A stretch of 64,000 nucleotides of DNA. It comes from Podarcis muralis. Taxonomy: Eukaryota. The stretch spans positions 20,956,001 to 21,020,000 of the forward strand of contig NC_135667.1 in NCBI RefSeq assembly GCF_964188315.1, written 5' to 3'. Under the pieces are notes generated by a model. The model did not search any database. It worked only from the letters and a program-made list of their open reading frames with translations, and was not told where the DNA came from. The position numbers and the translations under genes were made by a program. Shown here one piece after another: positions 62,495 to 64,000 of this stretch; position 1 is the stretch's first letter, and each line of letters begins with the position of its first letter.

Positions 62495-64000
62495 GTTTAT
62501 GCTTTTTCGTTCCCACCGCAGTCCCAACAATATTTGCCACCTTGAAGCTGCTGTTTGCGCCAGAAGTGAGGCTTCCATTATTGCCAGTGGGAGCTTCTCC
62601 CAGTGTAAGGCAAATTGCAGCTGAGGAGTGGCAACATGAGAACGGGCCTTTTCTGTGGTGGCTTCCAGTTTGTGGAATGCTCTCCACAGGGAGGCTTGCC
62701 TGGAGCCTTCATTACATATATTTAAGCACCAGGTGAAAACTTTTCTCTATAACCAGGCCTTTGGCTAATTAAACAATATACCAGTATGTCCTTTTAAATG
62801 TGTTTGTGGGAGCATGGGGTTTTTGTTTTTTTTTTGTATTCTGTGTTATCATTTTGTATTTTTATGTTGTAAATGGCTCTGTGATCTTCAGATGAAGAGA
62901 GGTACACAAATTCACTAAATAATAATAATATTTTTTCATGGTTTTAGCCTATGGCCTGGAGATGGCTGCTGTTAACAAACAACCCTTTTTTACATGATAA
63001 GCGCAGAGGAGGTTGATTTGCTGTAATCATCTCTTGTAGGTGTATAATGATTATTTTTATAACTTGTGGCTAGAGTTTTTGGTTTTGAAGCAGCAAAAAA
63101 CCAGTTCCTGTTTTCTGCTGAGTCACAGTGTAAGAGTCACTGATAAATACCTAGCTAGTCACGTTTTCTTGAAAACAGGCACAGTTTCTTTATGACTATT
63201 TGTGTTACATTTGGAGCCCCACTCTTCCTCAAAAGAGAAACACGCATACCCCACATTCCCTTCTATCCTGGGAGATAGATTGGGATGAGAGGCTGGCATG
63301 ATGTAATCTCATGAGCTTTGTGAATGAGCAGACATTTGAACCCGGGTCTCCTTGGGCTGTGCCCATGACTCTAGCCACTAGACTCGAACCAACTAAATCA
63401 ACTTAACCAGCTAACTTTAGTTCCCACTGAAAGCAATGGGACTAAAACTAAGTCATGACTAACCTACTCCATTGATTTCAGTGGGACCTAAGTTCAGTTA
63501 AGTTCCATTTTCCATCCTCCTGGCATGCACTCTTTACAAAGACCTGAGGAATGAGATTATCACCCCTCTCTTATTGTCCATTCCGGGTCACCCAACCACT
63601 GCCACAGTGTCTTTTCTCCTGGCAGATCAAGAGGAGCAGATGACTGTAAAGGTTGCAAGGTTTCTAGCTGGGGCAATCCGAATAAGGTCCACTATTTGAT
63701 TGCTGATTCATGACCCTAAACTGTGTTTTATATAATTGACTTTTTATTTTGTTCTGTGTACATCCCAATGTTCTTTTGTTGCTATGGCCGATGGCTGGCA
63801 CAAATAGAGTTTCATTCATTCAACTGTATCCAGCCCAGTGAATTTTAGAGTGGATAGTGACCCTTGAGATCATCCATAGTTCAAACAGCTGCTCCGTGTA
63901 GGATCCCCAATGCAGGATGGGACCATGGCATTGCTGACCAAAGGCCACCCAGCCCAGTGATCAGCATCATCTGCATCTTAGTTTTCAATGGCTTATCTGA

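Noticed and set aside
55300-64000. NUPR1, expected next to IL27 by mammalian synteny
   Set aside because: No NUPR1-like peptide was found by eye; it may lie beyond the window, so absence here is uninformative.
1-64000. CRISPR arrays, rRNA or prokaryotic systems
   Set aside because: Eukaryotic intron-exon DNA; the recurring ~240-bp and ~20-bp repeats are MITE termini and TSDs, not spacer arrays.

Overview
Vertebrate (squamate lizard, probably lacertid, judged from Sauria-SINE-like repeats) genomic DNA. Splice-aware manual reading reconstructs five genes: PRODH2 (-, first 3 coding exons, rest outside the window), a complete EIF3C (-, 20 coding exons, 912 aa), a complete CLN3 (-, 15 coding exons, ~446 aa), an APOBR-like Glu-rich gene (+, 7 coding exons, ~696 aa) and IL27 p28 (-, 5 exons, exon 1 tentative, ~235 aa). 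EIF3C-CLN3-APOBR-IL27 is the mammalian 16p11.2 block, but here it abuts PRODH2 (human 19q13). Introns and intergenic DNA are full of hAT and Tc1/mariner MITEs, Sauria and tRNA/CR1-tail SINEs, and L1, L2 and CR1 fragments, with several nested insertions whose target-site duplications (TSDs) are readable. There is one 204-nt assembly gap. Best leads: (1) the APOBR C-terminus carries a TNKS1BP1/KIAA1671-type motif and the protein has no obvious signal peptide or TM helix, suggesting a cytosolic actin-capping-protein partner; (2) IL-27 p28 lacks the mammalian poly-Glu loop and has a different cysteine pair (helix A/helix D); (3) a 3'-truncated tailless 7SK retrocopy sits inside a MITE. Reference sequences were compared from memory; no database search was run.
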